The position numbers and the translations under genes are program-made. From positions 385,945 through 449,944 of the forward strand of contig JAFLBI010000002.1 in NCBI GenBank assembly GCA_017303835.1: a DNA stretch of 64,000 nt, written 5' to 3'. This DNA is from Chitinophagales bacterium (GTDB taxonomy: Bacteria > Bacteroidota > Bacteroidia > Chitinophagales > Chitinophagaceae). The notes under the pieces are model-generated. The model searched no databases, was not told the DNA's origin, and worked only from the letters and a program-made list of their open reading frames with translations. Positions 9,912 to 21,164 of this stretch are shown here, one piece after another (position 1 is the first letter of the stretch; every line of letters begins with the position of its first letter).

Positions 9912-11126
9912 TTATAAAACGGAAGGCTGGTTGCGAATCAGGTCTTCAAAACTATCCCTGGTTCTTATCAGATGTGCTTTACCGTCTTTGTACAGTACTT
10001 CGGCCGGTTTGTAGCGTGAATTGTAATTGCTAGACATCTCAAACCCATAAGCGCCGGCATTATAAAAAACCAAAAGATCGCCTTCGCTGATTTCATTCAA
10101 TTCGCGGTCTGTAGCGAAATTATCTGTCTCGCAAATATTGCCTGTAACGGTATACATTTTCTTCACTCCATCCGGATTGCTGATGTTTTCAATGCGGTGG
10201 AAAGCATCATAAAACATAGGACGGATGAGGTGGTTAAAACCACTGTTCACACCGGCAAAACTGATTTGCGGATTGTGTTTCAACACATTCACTTCTGTTA
10301 TGAAATAACCAGCTTCACTTACAATGAATTTGCCCGGCTCAAACCACACTTGTAATGGTTTTCCATAAGTGGTTTGTACTTTTTCAAATGCAGTAGCGAT
10401 GGCTTTGCCTAAAGCAGTGATATCCGTGCCTTCATCGCCATCTTTATACGGTACTTTAAATCCGCCGCCCAGATCAATAAAACCCAGCTCCGGAAAGCGG
10501 GGCATCAACTCGAACAACACATCCAAGCCTTTTATAAAGACTTCCACATCCTTGATCTCACTACCTGTATGGATATGCAAACCGCGAATCTGTATGTTGT
10601 GTGCTTGCATCAAGGCAATGACATCGTCAATCTGTTCTACCGGAATACCAAACTTGCTGTTTTCATGACCTGTAGAAATCTTGAGGTTACCACCCGCCAT
10701 GATATTTGGCTTCAAGCGAATGCCCACAGGATAACTATGTCCGTATGCTTTACCAAATTTCTCCAGATTAGACAGGCTGTCGATATTGATGTTCACGCCC
10801 AGTTCTTTTGCTTCTGCTATTTCGCTGAAAGCAATACCGTTGGAAGTATATAAAACATTTTCCGGTGCATGACCTGCGTGTAATGCCAGTTTTACTTCGT
10901 TGATAGAGCTGCAATCAATTGGCGCATCAATCGTCTTCAATAGACGTAGGATATTGATATTGGTCAAAGCCTTACAGGCATAAAAAATGCGCGTATCTGT
11001 TGCTGCAAAAGCTGTTTGCAGTTTGCGGTATTGCTCAATGATTCTTTCCGCGTGATAGACATATAAGGGCGTGCCGAATTCCTTAGCTGCCGCTAGGAGT
11101 TGTTCTCGGGTAATGCTTGCTGACAT
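9912..11126 (-). CDS. lysA: Diaminopimelate decarboxylase
   Basis: PLP fold-III decarboxylase motifs are present (YACKALTN with the PLP lysine, HIHTGS, DLGGGF). I moved the start to the internal Met (MSASITREQLL...) because the longer ORF would overlap scpB. Confidence 0.85.
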   Translation of the reverse strand: MSASITREQLLAAAKEFGTPLYVYHAERIIEQYRKLQTAFAATDTRIFYACKALTNINILRLLKTIDAPIDCSSINEVKLALHAGHAPENVLYTSNGIAFSEIAEAKELGVNINIDSLSNLEKFGKAYGHSYPVGIRLKPNIMAGGNLKISTGHENSKFGIPVEQIDDVIALMQAHNIQIRGLHIHTGSEIKDVEVFIKGLDVLFELMPRFPELGFIDLGGGFKVPYKDGDEGTDITALGKAIATAFEKVQTTYGKPLQVWFEPGKFIVSEAGYFITEVNVLKHNPQISFAGVNSGFNHLIRPMFYDAFHRIENISNPDGVKKMYTVTGNICETDNFATDRELNEISEGDLLVFYNAGAYGFEMSSNYNSRYKPAEVLYKDGKAHLIRTRDSFEDLIRNQPSVL

Positions 11127-11151
11127 GTTGCGAAGATAATCGCTCGTGTGC

Positions 11152-11898
11152 TTATTCTGCAGGTGGTGTATCAGTATTCTCTGCAGCATGTGCATCATCG
11201 CCACCTTCTTCACCGATAATCAAGTCGCCATTTTCATTCACGATAATTTGAGAAGGCTGTTCGGCTTCTTCTTCAAAAGGGGTATCGATAGGTGTGGTGA
11301 AATCTTCTGGCTTGATAACTGTGGCTTCTACAACCTGATCGGCCAATACTTCTTTGATCTTAGGCAGATCATCGGTACTGTTGATGCCGAAATAATCCAT
11401 AAATGTTTTAGAAGTAGCGTACACCAATGGATGGCCTGGCATTTTTTCGTTTCTGCCGCTGATGATAATCAGTTCCTTTTCCAACAGTTTCTGTACACTA
11501 TAATCACTATTCACACCACGGATGGCTTCGATTTCACCTTTGGTTATGGGTTGCTTATAAGCTATGATGGCCAGAGTTTCCAAAGCAGCTGTGGACAGAC
11601 GCTTCAGGAATTTATCGCCATTCAGTTGTGCAATGGTCTTGTGGTAATCGCGCTTGGTCAGGAACTGCCAACCGCCGCCGCTTTCACGAACTTCAAATGG
11701 ATAGAACTCAGCAGCATATTTTTCGCAGATACCCTGAATGGCTGATTCAACCTGATCAGGTGTAACACGCTCTTCCATAAAGCCGAAGGCGTTATTGATC
11801 AATTCAGTGATTTCTGGTGCAGTCAAGGGTTTCTCGCTGGCAAAAATCAGCACTTCAATATGCGGAATGAGTTCACTTATTTCCATAGCAGGTTGCAA
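11152..11898 (-). CDS. scpB: SMC-Scp complex subunit ScpB
   Basis: 248 aa. IEVLIFASEKPLT..., ...TLAIIAYKQPITKGEIEAIRGV... are typical ScpB winged-helix repeats, followed by an acidic tail. Confidence 0.8.
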   Translation of the reverse strand: MQPAMEISELIPHIEVLIFASEKPLTAPEITELINNAFGFMEERVTPDQVESAIQGICEKYAAEFYPFEVRESGGGWQFLTKRDYHKTIAQLNGDKFLKRLSTAALETLAIIAYKQPITKGEIEAIRGVNSDYSVQKLLEKELIIISGRNEKMPGHPLVYATSKTFMDYFGINSTDDLPKIKEVLADQVVEATVIKPEDFTTPIDTPFEEEAEQPSQIIVNENGDLIIGEEGGDDAHAAENTDTPPAE

Positions 11899-11946
11899 GA
11901 TAGGGGATGCACCGTTCCAACGGTGATAACTTATACACAGCCAATA

Positions 11947-12828
11947 TTAGCCTTTCAGCGCCGCAGCACCGCTCACGATTTCAGTCAATTCAGTTGTAAT
12001 CGCAGCCTGACGGGCACGGTTGTAACTAATCTTGAGTGATTTCAGTAGTTCGTTCGCGTTTTCTGTTGCCTTATCCATGGCAGTCATACGTGCTCCATGT
12101 TCGCTGGCATGACCATCCAGTACTGCTTTGAACAGTTGTGTATTCAGAATTTTAGGCATCAGCTCGGTAATCAATACCTCGCGCTGTGGTTCAAAAATAA
12201 AATCAGCTTTTTTGCTTTTGTTCTTTTGCTCTGCTTTTGGAATAGGCAGGAATGGTTCAGCAACAAAACGTTGCGTAGCGGCATTTTTGAATTCACTATA
12301 GATGATTTCAACTGCATCGAATTCCTTGTTCTCGAAAGCCTTCATCGCGGCAACTGCAGCAGCTTGCACATTTTCAAAGCTCAGCTGCAAGAAGATATCT
12401 TTAAAGGTATCGCTTGTCTTGAAGCCAGATTTTGTCAAGCTTTCCCAACCTTTCTTACCAATATTCCAGATGGTTACATTGCCTTTTTTGTACTGCTCAG
12501 CATATTTCTCAGTAGCAGTCAGTTTAGCCAACTTAATGATGTTAGAATTATAGGCGCCGCAAAGACCACGGTCGCTGGTGATCACAATCAGCAATACTTT
12601 CTCTACATTTCTTACCTCAGCCAATTTCAGGCTGGTATCGCCTTCCGCACTGCTCACAATATTGCTCAGCATTTCTTGCAGTTTCTGTGCGTAAGGGCGC
12701 ATTTGGATAATAGCATCCTGTGCACGGCGCAGTTTGGCAGCACTCACCATCTTCATGGCTTTGGTGATTTGCTGGGTGCTCTGCACACTTTTAATCCTGT
12801 TACGTACCTCTTTTAATTGACCTGCCAT
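11947..12828 (-). CDS. atpG: F0F1 ATP synthase subunit gamma
   Basis: 293 aa. The N-terminus LKEVRNRIKSVQSTQQITKAMKMVSAAKLRRAQ and the C-terminus ITTELTEIVSGAAAL are canonical for the gamma subunit. Confidence 0.9.
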   Translation of the reverse strand: MAGQLKEVRNRIKSVQSTQQITKAMKMVSAAKLRRAQDAIIQMRPYAQKLQEMLSNIVSSAEGDTSLKLAEVRNVEKVLLIVITSDRGLCGAYNSNIIKLAKLTATEKYAEQYKKGNVTIWNIGKKGWESLTKSGFKTSDTFKDIFLQLSFENVQAAAVAAMKAFENKEFDAVEIIYSEFKNAATQRFVAEPFLPIPKAEQKNKSKKADFIFEPQREVLITELMPKILNTQLFKAVLDGHASEHGARMTAMDKATENANELLKSLKISYNRARQAAITTELTEIVSGAAALKG

Positions 12829-12913
12829 ATATGCTGTGTTAAATTGGCTACAAAAGTAGCAGAATCGGGGGGAAATTCAAGCGTAAAATCGGGGTGTTTT
12901 TCTGCTGATTTCA

Positions 12914-13501
12914 TCAAAACCTAACTGCAAGTCCCAGCCCCTGCGATGCCGGAGTGATCTGCATGCTCGGAAAAGCTTTCAGCAAGGCTTTACCATTATT
13001 ACGATGTATGGCGTATTGTATGATATCGAAAATCAACAGGAATCCGCCCTGCATCACCAAACTATTGCCCACGCCCTTTAATTGATTGTCTGTCAGTCTT
13101 TTACCTCTTTCATTCAGGTACATACCCGTTGTCATATAGGCAAGGTCCAGTCCGGAATTCAGTAGCAAGAGTTTTTCAATCTTTTGCTGGGCTTCAATAT
13201 TCTCGGCGAGGGTATATTGGCGGCCTAATTCTTTGCGCAATTGCCAGAACCCATAACCGGCAATGGCCAGGTTAACCACATTCCAGTAAACATTGGTCTG
13301 ATGGAAATACTTATCACTGTTCTGGGCATTGGATGCTGCAATGCCACCCTGCACAATGTTGAGCCCGGCCCAGGCACTGAGGATACTCAGGTTAATCTTA
13401 TTGATTGCATGCCTTTTAATGGCAATGGAGTCCGGCTGAAAATCCTGTGCGTGCAGGCTGAAACTGCACAATAAGGCAATGAGAATGGGGGCTTTTTTCA
13501 T
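12914..13501 (-). CDS. Hypothetical membrane/exported protein
   Basis: The start is set to MKKAPILIALLCSFSLHAQ (signal peptide). Several hydrophobic helices are present and no family is recognised. Confidence 0.45.
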   Translation of the reverse strand: MKKAPILIALLCSFSLHAQDFQPDSIAIKRHAINKINLSILSAWAGLNIVQGGIAASNAQNSDKYFHQTNVYWNVVNLAIAGYGFWQLRKELGRQYTLAENIEAQQKIEKLLLLNSGLDLAYMTTGMYLNERGKRLTDNQLKGVGNSLVMQGGFLLIFDIIQYAIHRNNGKALLKAFPSMQITPASQGLGLAVRF

Positions 13502-13682
13502 TGTTTTACCGTTAAGTATTTGATAAAGATGCCATTGAACCCGTTTCCGAACCCAGCTCAACGCAAATTCTTTACATTTGGCGGCTCAAAATTGAGGTGA
13601 CAGAATGGCTTTAGCAAACCCTTCGCACCATTTTTGACAAAGGATTACCAAAATAACCTCATTACATAAGGAGCAGACCAAT

Positions 13683-16600
13683 ATGTTACAATTCATTAGC
13701 CGCTTGTTTGGCGGTAGCAAAAGTGAGAAGGATGTAAAGCAGATCCAACCGGTGGTAGCCAAAATCAATGAGTGGTTTCAGCAATACCAAAGCATTTCTA
13801 ATGACGAGTTGAGAGGAAAAACTGCTGATTTCAAAGCTAGGATCAAAGCCTATCTCGGCGATATTGACAAGGAAATTGCTGCAAAACAAGCTGAAGCAGA
13901 CGCATTGGCAGATACGGCTATTCATGAAAAAGATGCGATTTACCAAGAAGTAGATAAGCTGAAAAAAGCGCGCGATAAAAAAATCGAAGAGATTCTGGAG
14001 AAAATTTTACCTGAAGCTTTTGCTGTGGTAAAAGAAACTGCGCGTCGCTTTAAAGAGAACACACAGATAGTTGCACAAGCCACTGATTTGGATCGTGAGC
14101 TTAGCGTTAAAAAGCCTTATATCAAAATTGAAGGTGATCAAGCTGTCTTTCAAAACAGCTGGCAGGCTGCTGGTAATACCATCACCTGGAATATGGTGCA
14201 TTACGATGTACAGTTAATTGGTGGTACTGTATTGCATCAGGGTAAGATTTCAGAAATGGCTACCGGTGAAGGTAAAACCCTGGTATCTACACTGCCTGCT
14301 TACCTGAACGCTTTGGCTGGTGAAGGCGTACACCTCGTAACAGTGAACGATTATCTGGCACGTCGTGACTCTGAGTGGAATGGCCCCATATTCGAATGGT
14401 TGGGACTTACCGTAGATTGTATCGATAAGCATCAGCCCAATACAGCTGAGCGTAGAAAAGCCTATCTGGCCGACATCACTTATGGTACGAACAACGAGTT
14501 TGGTTTCGATTACCTGCGCGATAATATGGTGCACTCACCAGATGAAATGGTACAGCGCAAGCACCACTACGCGATGGTGGATGAAGTGGATTCTGTATTA
14601 ATTGATGATGCCAGAACGCCATTGATTATTTCTGGTCCTGTTGGACATTCAGATAATACACAGCAATTCTTTGAACTGAAACCAAGAATTGAAAAACTAG
14701 TGGAAGCACAAAAGCGTGCTACTAATCTTTTCCTGAATGAAGCCAAGAAGAAAATTGCTGAAGGCGATGATGATCCCAAGAGTGGCGGATTAGCCCTCTT
14801 CCGCGCACATCGTGGTTTACCCAAGAACAATGCATTAATCAAGTTTTTGAGTGAGCCAGGTATTCGCGTTAAACTGCAGAAAGCAGAGAACTATTATCTC
14901 GCTGACCAGCAGAAAGAAATGCCACATGCAGATGCAGAATTGTTCTTCTTCATTGATGAAAAGAATAATTCAGTAGATCTTACGGACAAAGGTATTCAGC
15001 TGATTACCGGTGCGGGTGAAGATCCTAACTTCTTTGTGTTGCCAGATATCAGCGTTTCGCTGGCTGCTGTTGAGCAAGACGGCAATCTGTCTGCAGAAGA
15101 AAAGTTGCAGCGCAAAGAAGCTATCCTCAATGAGTATTCAGTAAAAGCAGATCGTATTCATACTGTACAACAATTGCTGAAAGCCTACACTTTGTTTGAT
15201 AAGGACGTAGAGTATGTGGTGATGGATGGTGCGGTGAAGATTGTAGATGAGCAAACAGGTCGTATTCTTGATGGTCGCCGTTATTCTGATGGTTTACACC
15301 AGGCCATTGAAGCAAAAGAGAATGTGAAGATTGAAGCATCTACACAGACTTATGCAACCATCACTTTGCAGAACTATTTCAGGATGTACCACAAGCTGGC
15401 TGGTATGACCGGTACTGCAGAAACAGAAGCAGCTGAATTGTGGGATATCTATAAACTGGATGTGGTGTCAATCCCAACCAATATCCAGGCAATCAGAAAA
15501 GACGAAGAAGATCTCGTATATAAAACCAAGCGTGAGAAGTACGGTGCAGTGATTGATGAGATTGAAAAATTGCGTGGTGAAGGTCGCCCCGTACTGGTTG
15601 GTACAACATCGGTTGAAGTGAGTGAATTGCTCAGCCGTATGCTCCGCCAAAAGCAAGTGCCGCACAATGTGTTGAACGCAAAGCAGCATGCTCGTGAAGC
15701 ACAGATTGTACAAGAAGCTGGTTTGGCTGGTGCTGTTACCATTGCCACCAACATGGCCGGTCGTGGTACGGATATCAAGCTCGGCCCCGGTGTAAAAGAA
15801 GCAGGAGGTCTGGCCATCATCGGTACAGAGCGCCATGAATCACGTCGCGTGGATCGTCAGTTGCGCGGTCGCGCTGGTCGTCAGGGTGATCCTGGTTCTT
15901 CTCAGTTCTTTGTGTCTTTGGAAGATGATCTGATGCGCATGTTCGGTAGTGAGCGTATTGCTAAAGTGATGGACTTTGCCGGTTACAAAGAAGGTGAAGT
16001 GATCCAGCACAGCATGATCACCAAATCTATTGAAAGAGCACAGCGCAAAGTGGAAGAAAACAACTTCGGTACACGTAAGCGTTTGCTGGAATATGATGAT
16101 GTGATGAACAAGCAGCGCTCAGTCATCTATACCAAACGTAACCACGCTTTGTTTGGAGAACGTCTGGCACTGGATTTAGATAACGCATTTTATGCTGTTG
16201 CGGAAGGACTGGTTAGTTCATTCAAAGAAATGAATGACTTTGATGGTTTCCGTATGGCTGCGATTGTGAACTTTGGTATTGATACATCCATTACGGCTGA
16301 TGAACTGAATAAGCAGTCTGAACAAGCACTTGCCGAAAAACTCTACGCAGAAGCCATGAATACCTATCAGCGTAGAAAAGATGAGCTGACCAAGCAGGCG
16401 CTACCTGTATTCAAAAACATTCGTCTGCAGCAAGGCAATCATATTGAAAATGTGGTAGTGCCATTCACAGATGGAAAAAAGGGTATGCAGGTTTTGGCCA
16501 ACATGCAAAAGACCATCGATACCAATGGCGCTGAACTAGTGAATGCTTTAGAGCGCAATGTTTCACTAGCGCTGATTGATGATGCATGGAAAGAACACTT

Positions 16601-17000
16601 GCGCGCAATGGATAATCTGAAGCAGAGTGTGCAGACAGCAACCTATGAGCAGAAGGATCCATTGGTGATTTACAAGATGGAAGCATTCAATCTCTTCAAG
16701 AATATGGATGCAGAAGTGAACAAGAATATTGTTCAGTTCTTAAGCCATGCACAAATTCCTTTGGCTGAAGGTGAGGAAGTGCGCGAAGGTCGCCAGGAGA
16801 AAACAGACCTGAGTAATATGCGCACACAGAAAGATGATATGGACGGCCTGTCTAATAATTATGCCAACGACAACGAGTATTATGATCCAACACCTACTAA
16901 ACAAGAACCAGTGAAAGTAGGTCCTAAGATCGGACGTAATGATCCTTGTCCTTGCGGCAGCGGAAAAAAATACAAAGCCTGTCATGGCAAAGACCTTTAA
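13683..17000 (+). CDS. secA: Preprotein translocase ATPase SecA
   Basis: 1105 aa with the [10 protein letters not shown] Walker A, a [23 protein letters not shown]-like box and the C-terminal zinc motif [14 protein letters not shown]. Confidence 0.95.
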   Translation: MLQFISRLFGGSKSEKDVKQIQPVVAKINEWFQQYQSISNDELRGKTADFKARIKAYLGDIDKEIAAKQAEADALADTAIHEKDAIYQEVDKLKKARDKKIEEILEKILPEAFAVVKETARRFKENTQIVAQATDLDRELSVKKPYIKIEGDQAVFQNSWQAAGNTITWNMVHYDVQLIGGTVLHQGKISEMATGEGKTLVSTLPAYLNALAGEGVHLVTVNDYLARRDSEWNGPIFEWLGLTVDCIDKHQPNTAERRKAYLADITYGTNNEFGFDYLRDNMVHSPDEMVQRKHHYAMVDEVDSVLIDDARTPLIISGPVGHSDNTQQFFELKPRIEKLVEAQKRATNLFLNEAKKKIAEGDDDPKSGGLALFRAHRGLPKNNALIKFLSEPGIRVKLQKAENYYLADQQKEMPHADAELFFFIDEKNNSVDLTDKGIQLITGAGEDPNFFVLPDISVSLAAVEQDGNLSAEEKLQRKEAILNEYSVKADRIHTVQQLLKAYTLFDKDVEYVVMDGAVKIVDEQTGRILDGRRYSDGLHQAIEAKENVKIEASTQTYATITLQNYFRMYHKLAGMTGTAETEAAELWDIYKLDVVSIPTNIQAIRKDEEDLVYKTKREKYGAVIDEIEKLRGEGRPVLVGTTSVEVSELLSRMLRQKQVPHNVLNAKQHAREAQIVQEAGLAGAVTIATNMAGRGTDIKLGPGVKEAGGLAIIGTERHESRRVDRQLRGRAGRQGDPGSSQFFVSLEDDLMRMFGSERIAKVMDFAGYKEGEVIQHSMITKSIERAQRKVEENNFGTRKRLLEYDDVMNKQRSVIYTKRNHALFGERLALDLDNAFYAVAEGLVSSFKEMNDFDGFRMAAIVNFGIDTSITADELNKQSEQALAEKLYAEAMNTYQRRKDELTKQALPVFKNIRLQQGNHIENVVVPFTDGKKGMQVLANMQKTIDTNGAELVNALERNVSLALIDDAWKEHLRAMDNLKQSVQTATYEQKDPLVIYKMEAFNLFKNMDAEVNKNIVQFLSHAQIPLAEGEEVREGRQEKTDLSNMRTQKDDMDGLSNNYANDNEYYDPTPTKQEPVKVGPKIGRNDPCPCGSGKKYKACHGKDL

Positions 17001-17002
17001 AT

Positions 17003-17035
17003 AAAAAATCCCTCGCAATGCTGCGGGGGATTTTT
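17003..17035. terminator. Bidirectional intrinsic terminator after secA
   Basis: A-run, then TCCCTCGCA-ATGC-TGCGGGGGA (9 bp including one G-U), then T5. It lies between convergent genes. Confidence 0.75.
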
Positions 17036-17053
17036 ATTTAAAAGCACACAGTT

Positions 17054-17758
17054 TTATTTGATACGATAGCTGATTCCCAGATCCATGCAAAATGATTTAA
17101 TCTGAGAAGTGGTATTACTGGCATTGGTCCAGGTGTATTTTCTAGTACCTACGCTGAATTTAAAACGCCATGTATTTTCCGTATGAAAATCCATGAAGTT
17201 TACACCCCAGCCGCTGAAGTAAGGTGAGCGTGTTACATCTTTATAACCTTCTTCCGTAATTTTTACACCGGGTGAAATGCCGCCTTCAAAGTACAAGCCA
17301 TTTAATGCCCAGAGTCCACCCATTGCCAGCCAATCAACACCGAAAGGCAGTTTTTCTACCCACTTGCCCTTTTGAACAATATCCCAAGGTCCTTTTCTGA
17401 AAGCAAAAGGGTACAACCTTCCGCCTACAGGTTTTTGTGTCATCTTAGCTTCTGTAAGAAAAGTGGTTGTATTGGTAAAGGACTGTGGCTCTAATCCCGC
17501 AATGGCTGATAAACGCGCATTCAGCTGTTTGCTATAAGGTAGATGTAATAATGCGTATTCAAGCGTAATTCTGGGTTGTAAGCCTTTGGATTTGTAGAAC
17601 TGGCCAAAAACTTGCGCTGCTTTTGGATTGGCAATGCCGATGGTAATATCCAAGCGGTGATTATCGCCTCTGTTTTCATCACTGTCTTTTTTCTGTGCCA
17701 TGCTAAGGGTGGCAATACTCAGCATCGTCAGGAGCATGATTGGTTTGATGGGTTGCAT
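17054..17758 (-). CDS. Hypothetical exported protein, possibly an outer-membrane beta-barrel
   Basis: The start is set to MQPIKPIMLLTMLSIATLSMAQ (signal peptide). It has an alternating aromatic/Gly-rich pattern and no family is recognised. Confidence 0.4.
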   Translation of the reverse strand: MQPIKPIMLLTMLSIATLSMAQKKDSDENRGDNHRLDITIGIANPKAAQVFGQFYKSKGLQPRITLEYALLHLPYSKQLNARLSAIAGLEPQSFTNTTTFLTEAKMTQKPVGGRLYPFAFRKGPWDIVQKGKWVEKLPFGVDWLAMGGLWALNGLYFEGGISPGVKITEEGYKDVTRSPYFSGWGVNFMDFHTENTWRFKFSVGTRKYTWTNASNTTSQIKSFCMDLGISYRIK

Positions 17759-17869
17759 ATCTGAATTTTTTACAAAGCAAGTTTTTTGCACATCCCCCTC
17801 AATACCCGCTACAGGGTATTTTCACTTTTCAGCAGACAGGTAATGCCTACTTTTGTGCAAAATCTGGAC

Positions 17870-18541
17870 ATGTCGATAGCAGCAATCATTGATCATACTG
17901 TTTTAAAGCCCACTGTATTACTTAGTGATATTGAGCAAGTGTGTGCAGAAGCGAAGGAGTACGGATTTGCATCTGTTTGTGTGCCGCCCAACTTTGTGAA
18001 GCATGCCAAAAAGCATACAGCAGGCAGTGCCGTGAAAGTGGCTACAGTGATTGGTTTTCCATTCGGCTATTCGGCGGTGGAAGCAAAAATTGCAGAAATT
18101 TTACTGGCCATGGTTGATGGAGCAGATGAGCTGGATATGGTGATCAATATTGCAGCCATCAAGAATAATGATTGGGAATACCTGGCGAATGAAATCAACC
18201 ACATCATGCCCATTGTGAAGCAGCAAAACAAAATCATCAAGATCATCATCGAGAGTGGGGTGCTAACAGATGAGGAGATCATTCGCTGTTGTGAATTGTA
18301 TGGCGCTGCTGGCATTGATTACCTGAAAACTTCTACTGGATATGCAGAGAAAGGTGCATCTGTTCATGCAGTAAGCTTATTTAGAAAACATCTGCCTGCA
18401 CATGTTCAGATTAAAGCATCTGGTGGTATTCGTGATTATGCGTTTGCAGCTGAACTGGTAAAAGCCGGCGCAACAAGGCTGGGTTGCAGTGCCAGTGTGG
18501 CCATTGCAAAAGGGGCTGCGGCCGAAGCTGGTAACTATTGA
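17870..18541 (+). CDS. deoC: Deoxyribose-phosphate aldolase
   Basis: The start is set to MSIAAIIDHTVLKP. LKTSTGY (Schiff-base Lys) and IKASGGIR motifs are present. Confidence 0.85.
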   Translation: MSIAAIIDHTVLKPTVLLSDIEQVCAEAKEYGFASVCVPPNFVKHAKKHTAGSAVKVATVIGFPFGYSAVEAKIAEILLAMVDGADELDMVINIAAIKNNDWEYLANEINHIMPIVKQQNKIIKIIIESGVLTDEEIIRCCELYGAAGIDYLKTSTGYAEKGASVHAVSLFRKHLPAHVQIKASGGIRDYAFAAELVKAGATRLGCSASVAIAKGAAAEAGNY

Positions 18542-18564
18542 TTTTTTATGTACATTACTGAAAA

Positions 18565-18984
18565 ATGCGTTTGAGTTTATTGATCATAACAACTTTATTT
18601 ATTTCTACTGTTTTCGGTCAGGATTCTATTGTTGTAAAGAAGGATCCGAGATTGGATGTATTGTCTGCTAAACAAGCACAGATCAATAAACGTACATCTT
18701 TGGTTACCAGTAGTGGTATGATCAAGGGTTTTCGTTTGCAAATAGTCAGCACAACCAATAGGGATGTTGCTCTGCGCACAAAAGCTGATCTGCTTTCCCG
18801 CTATCCAGAGCACAAAGCATATCTCTTGTTTCAGTCGCCCTACTTCAAAGTGCGGTTCGGTAATTTTCTGAAAAGAGAGGATGCAGAGAAAATACGTAAG
18901 GTCCTGAACAAGCAATACCCGCAGGGTGTGTTTGTGGTGGAAGATGGCATTGAATATACATTGAAAGACGACGAAGAATTATAA
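18565..18984 (+). CDS. SPOR domain-containing protein
   Basis: 139 aa with a signal/anchor. The C-terminal FRLQIVST...YLLFQSPYFKVRFGNFLKREDAEKI pattern is typical of SPOR peptidoglycan-binding repeats. Confidence 0.7.
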   Translation: MRLSLLIITTLFISTVFGQDSIVVKKDPRLDVLSAKQAQINKRTSLVTSSGMIKGFRLQIVSTTNRDVALRTKADLLSRYPEHKAYLLFQSPYFKVRFGNFLKREDAEKIRKVLNKQYPQGVFVVEDGIEYTLKDDEEL

Positions 18985-18987
18985 ACT

Positions 18988-20163
18988 ATGCTCGCAGAGA
19001 AGATTAAGGCATTGGCTGCAACACATGCAGGAGAGTTTATTGGTGTAAGAAGACATCTGCATGCGCATCCTGAATTGAGTTATCAGGAGTTTGCTACCAG
19101 TCAATACGTGCAGGAGCGTTTGCAACAGGAGGGTATTGCTTTTGAGGTAATGGCTACTACTGGTATTGTTGCTACCATTCAGGGAAAAAATCCCAACAGT
19201 CGTGTAATTGCTTTGCGCGCTGATATGGATGCGCTGCCAATTCAGGAAGAGAATCAAGTACCTTATTGTTCTACCAAGCCCGGCGTGATGCATGCTTGTG
19301 GGCATGATGTACATACAACCATTTTATTGGGTGCTGCAAGAATCCTGCAGCAATTGAAAGATGAATGGGAGGGCACAGTGAAATTGTTATTTCAGCCAGG
19401 TGAAGAAAAAAATCCCGGAGGTGCCAGTTATATGATTCGTGATGGTGCATTGGAAAATCCCAAACCATCAGGCATTATTGCCTTACATGTACATCCGGGT
19501 CTGGATGTAGGTAAGCTTAGTTTCAGAACCGGTAGGGTAATGGCCAGTGCGGATGAAATTTATATCACTATCAGAAGCAAAGGCGGCCATGCAGCTGCAC
19601 CGCACCTTACTGCTGATACGATATTGATAGCATCACAATTGGTTGTTAGTCTGCAACAAGTTATTTCGAGAAACAACAATCCTACTTCGCCATCGGTACT
19701 ATCTATTTGTTCTTTTCAGGGTGGATTTACCACCAATGTCATACCGAGTGAAGTGAAGTTGATGGGTACTTTCCGTGCTATGGATGAAGCCTGGCGTTTC
19801 AAAGCACATGAGCTGATTAAACAACAGGCAATTGGATTGGTGACGGCTATGGGTGCAGAAGCCGATGTACATATTGATGTTGGCTATCCAACTGTTGACA
19901 ATGACCCCGCGCTTACAAACAAAGCTTGGCAGTTGGCAGAACAATACATGGGTAAGACCAATGTGGAAGAAACGGAAATGCGCATGGGCGCTGAGGATTT
20001 TGGTTACTATACCCAGCAGATACCTGGCTGTTTTTTCCGTCTGGGCGTGCGAAATGAGGCCAAAGGCATTGTGCACAACGTACATACACCTAAATTTGAT
20101 ATAGACGAATCTGCTATTGCCATCGGTATGGGTAATATGGCTTGGCTGGCAGTAAGCGTCTGA
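18988..20163 (+). CDS. M20 family amidohydrolase (N-acyl-L-amino acid amidohydrolase-like)
   Basis: 391 aa with the MHACGHDVHTTILLGAA metal-binding motif and the LFQPGEE motif. Confidence 0.85.
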   Translation: MLAEKIKALAATHAGEFIGVRRHLHAHPELSYQEFATSQYVQERLQQEGIAFEVMATTGIVATIQGKNPNSRVIALRADMDALPIQEENQVPYCSTKPGVMHACGHDVHTTILLGAARILQQLKDEWEGTVKLLFQPGEEKNPGGASYMIRDGALENPKPSGIIALHVHPGLDVGKLSFRTGRVMASADEIYITIRSKGGHAAAPHLTADTILIASQLVVSLQQVISRNNNPTSPSVLSICSFQGGFTTNVIPSEVKLMGTFRAMDEAWRFKAHELIKQQAIGLVTAMGAEADVHIDVGYPTVDNDPALTNKAWQLAEQYMGKTNVEETEMRMGAEDFGYYTQQIPGCFFRLGVRNEAKGIVHNVHTPKFDIDESAIAIGMGNMAWLAVSV

Positions 20164-20175
20164 AAAAACCGCATC

Positions 20176-21090
20176 ATGCGAAAAAGCTGGTTGATAGCTG
20201 CCTTAATACTGCCATTGATGGCCATTGGTCAGACTACAAGTGCCGATGCAAATACTTTTCGTTGGATAATCATCATCCTGGGGTGTTTACTTTCTGCTGC
20301 TATAATATTCATCGTTTTTCTTGTTCAAAAAATTGGTCAGCATAAAAAAGATGCTGCAATGCTGATGCAGCAACAAGACGAGATCATTCGCACCAATAGA
20401 GAGGTACAAAAGCTCAATCAGGTAAAAGACAAAATATTTGCGATTATCTCCCATGATTTGCGTTCCCCGCTTACTTCCACGCATAATTTATTGGATCTGC
20501 TGAATCAGGGACTCATCTCTCATGAAGAGTTTGCGCCCTTTTCCAAGCAGTTGCAGAATGATGTACTGAACACACTTATTTTAACAGAAAACCTGTTGAA
20601 CTGGTCTAAAACACAACTGAATGGTGTTGTGCCATATAAGCGCGATTTTCATTTGCAACCAGTCATTGATGAAGTAATCCAAACCCTGCACTCTTTATCA
20701 AGGGCTAAGGATATCATGATTGAAAACCAGGTGCGAGATCATTTGGTGCATTCGGATGCAGATATGATTAAAATGATTGTCCGCAATATTCTTTCCAATG
20801 CCATCAAATTTACGCCGCATGGGAAATTGATTTATATCCGCGAAATTCTCAGCGATCATAAACTGCTCTTGCAGATTACAGATGAAGGTGTGGGTATGAG
20901 CCCCGAAAAAGTAGATCAGTTGAATCGAAAAATGGCCGAGAGTACCCGTGGAACAGACAATGAAAAAGGTACAGGTATTGGTATGCGATTGGTACTGGAC
21001 ATGATTGCAGCTTTGGATGAAACCATCACCATCAGCAGTCAGGAGGATATGGGTACAACTGTGACGGTTTCTATTCCGCTGGTTTCCTAG
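20176..21090 (+). CDS. Sensor histidine kinase
   Basis: 304 aa with an N-terminal signal/TM, the HisKA H-box FAIISHDLRSPL, and HATPase_c N/G boxes (NAIKFT, GTGIGM). No adjacent response regulator is present. Confidence 0.8.
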   Translation: MRKSWLIAALILPLMAIGQTTSADANTFRWIIIILGCLLSAAIIFIVFLVQKIGQHKKDAAMLMQQQDEIIRTNREVQKLNQVKDKIFAIISHDLRSPLTSTHNLLDLLNQGLISHEEFAPFSKQLQNDVLNTLILTENLLNWSKTQLNGVVPYKRDFHLQPVIDEVIQTLHSLSRAKDIMIENQVRDHLVHSDADMIKMIVRNILSNAIKFTPHGKLIYIREILSDHKLLLQITDEGVGMSPEKVDQLNRKMAESTRGTDNEKGTGIGMRLVLDMIAALDETITISSQEDMGTTVTVSIPLVS

Positions 21091-21164
21091 CCACTAACAT
21101 AGATTATCGTATTTTGCGCGCCTGTTTAGGTTATCCTGAGCAGGCGCGTACTTAATTAGCATGT

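Noticed and set aside
12097-12816. 239-aa plus-strand ORF
   Set aside because: It is antisense to the unmistakable atpG gene, so it is a shadow ORF. The same reasoning applies to 11146-11745 (opposite scpB) and 681-1268 (opposite yebC).
11947-12828. atpG standing alone without neighbouring atp genes
   Set aside because: It could be unusual, but I cannot judge lineage-typical atp operon organisation from this window alone, and the gene itself looks intact.
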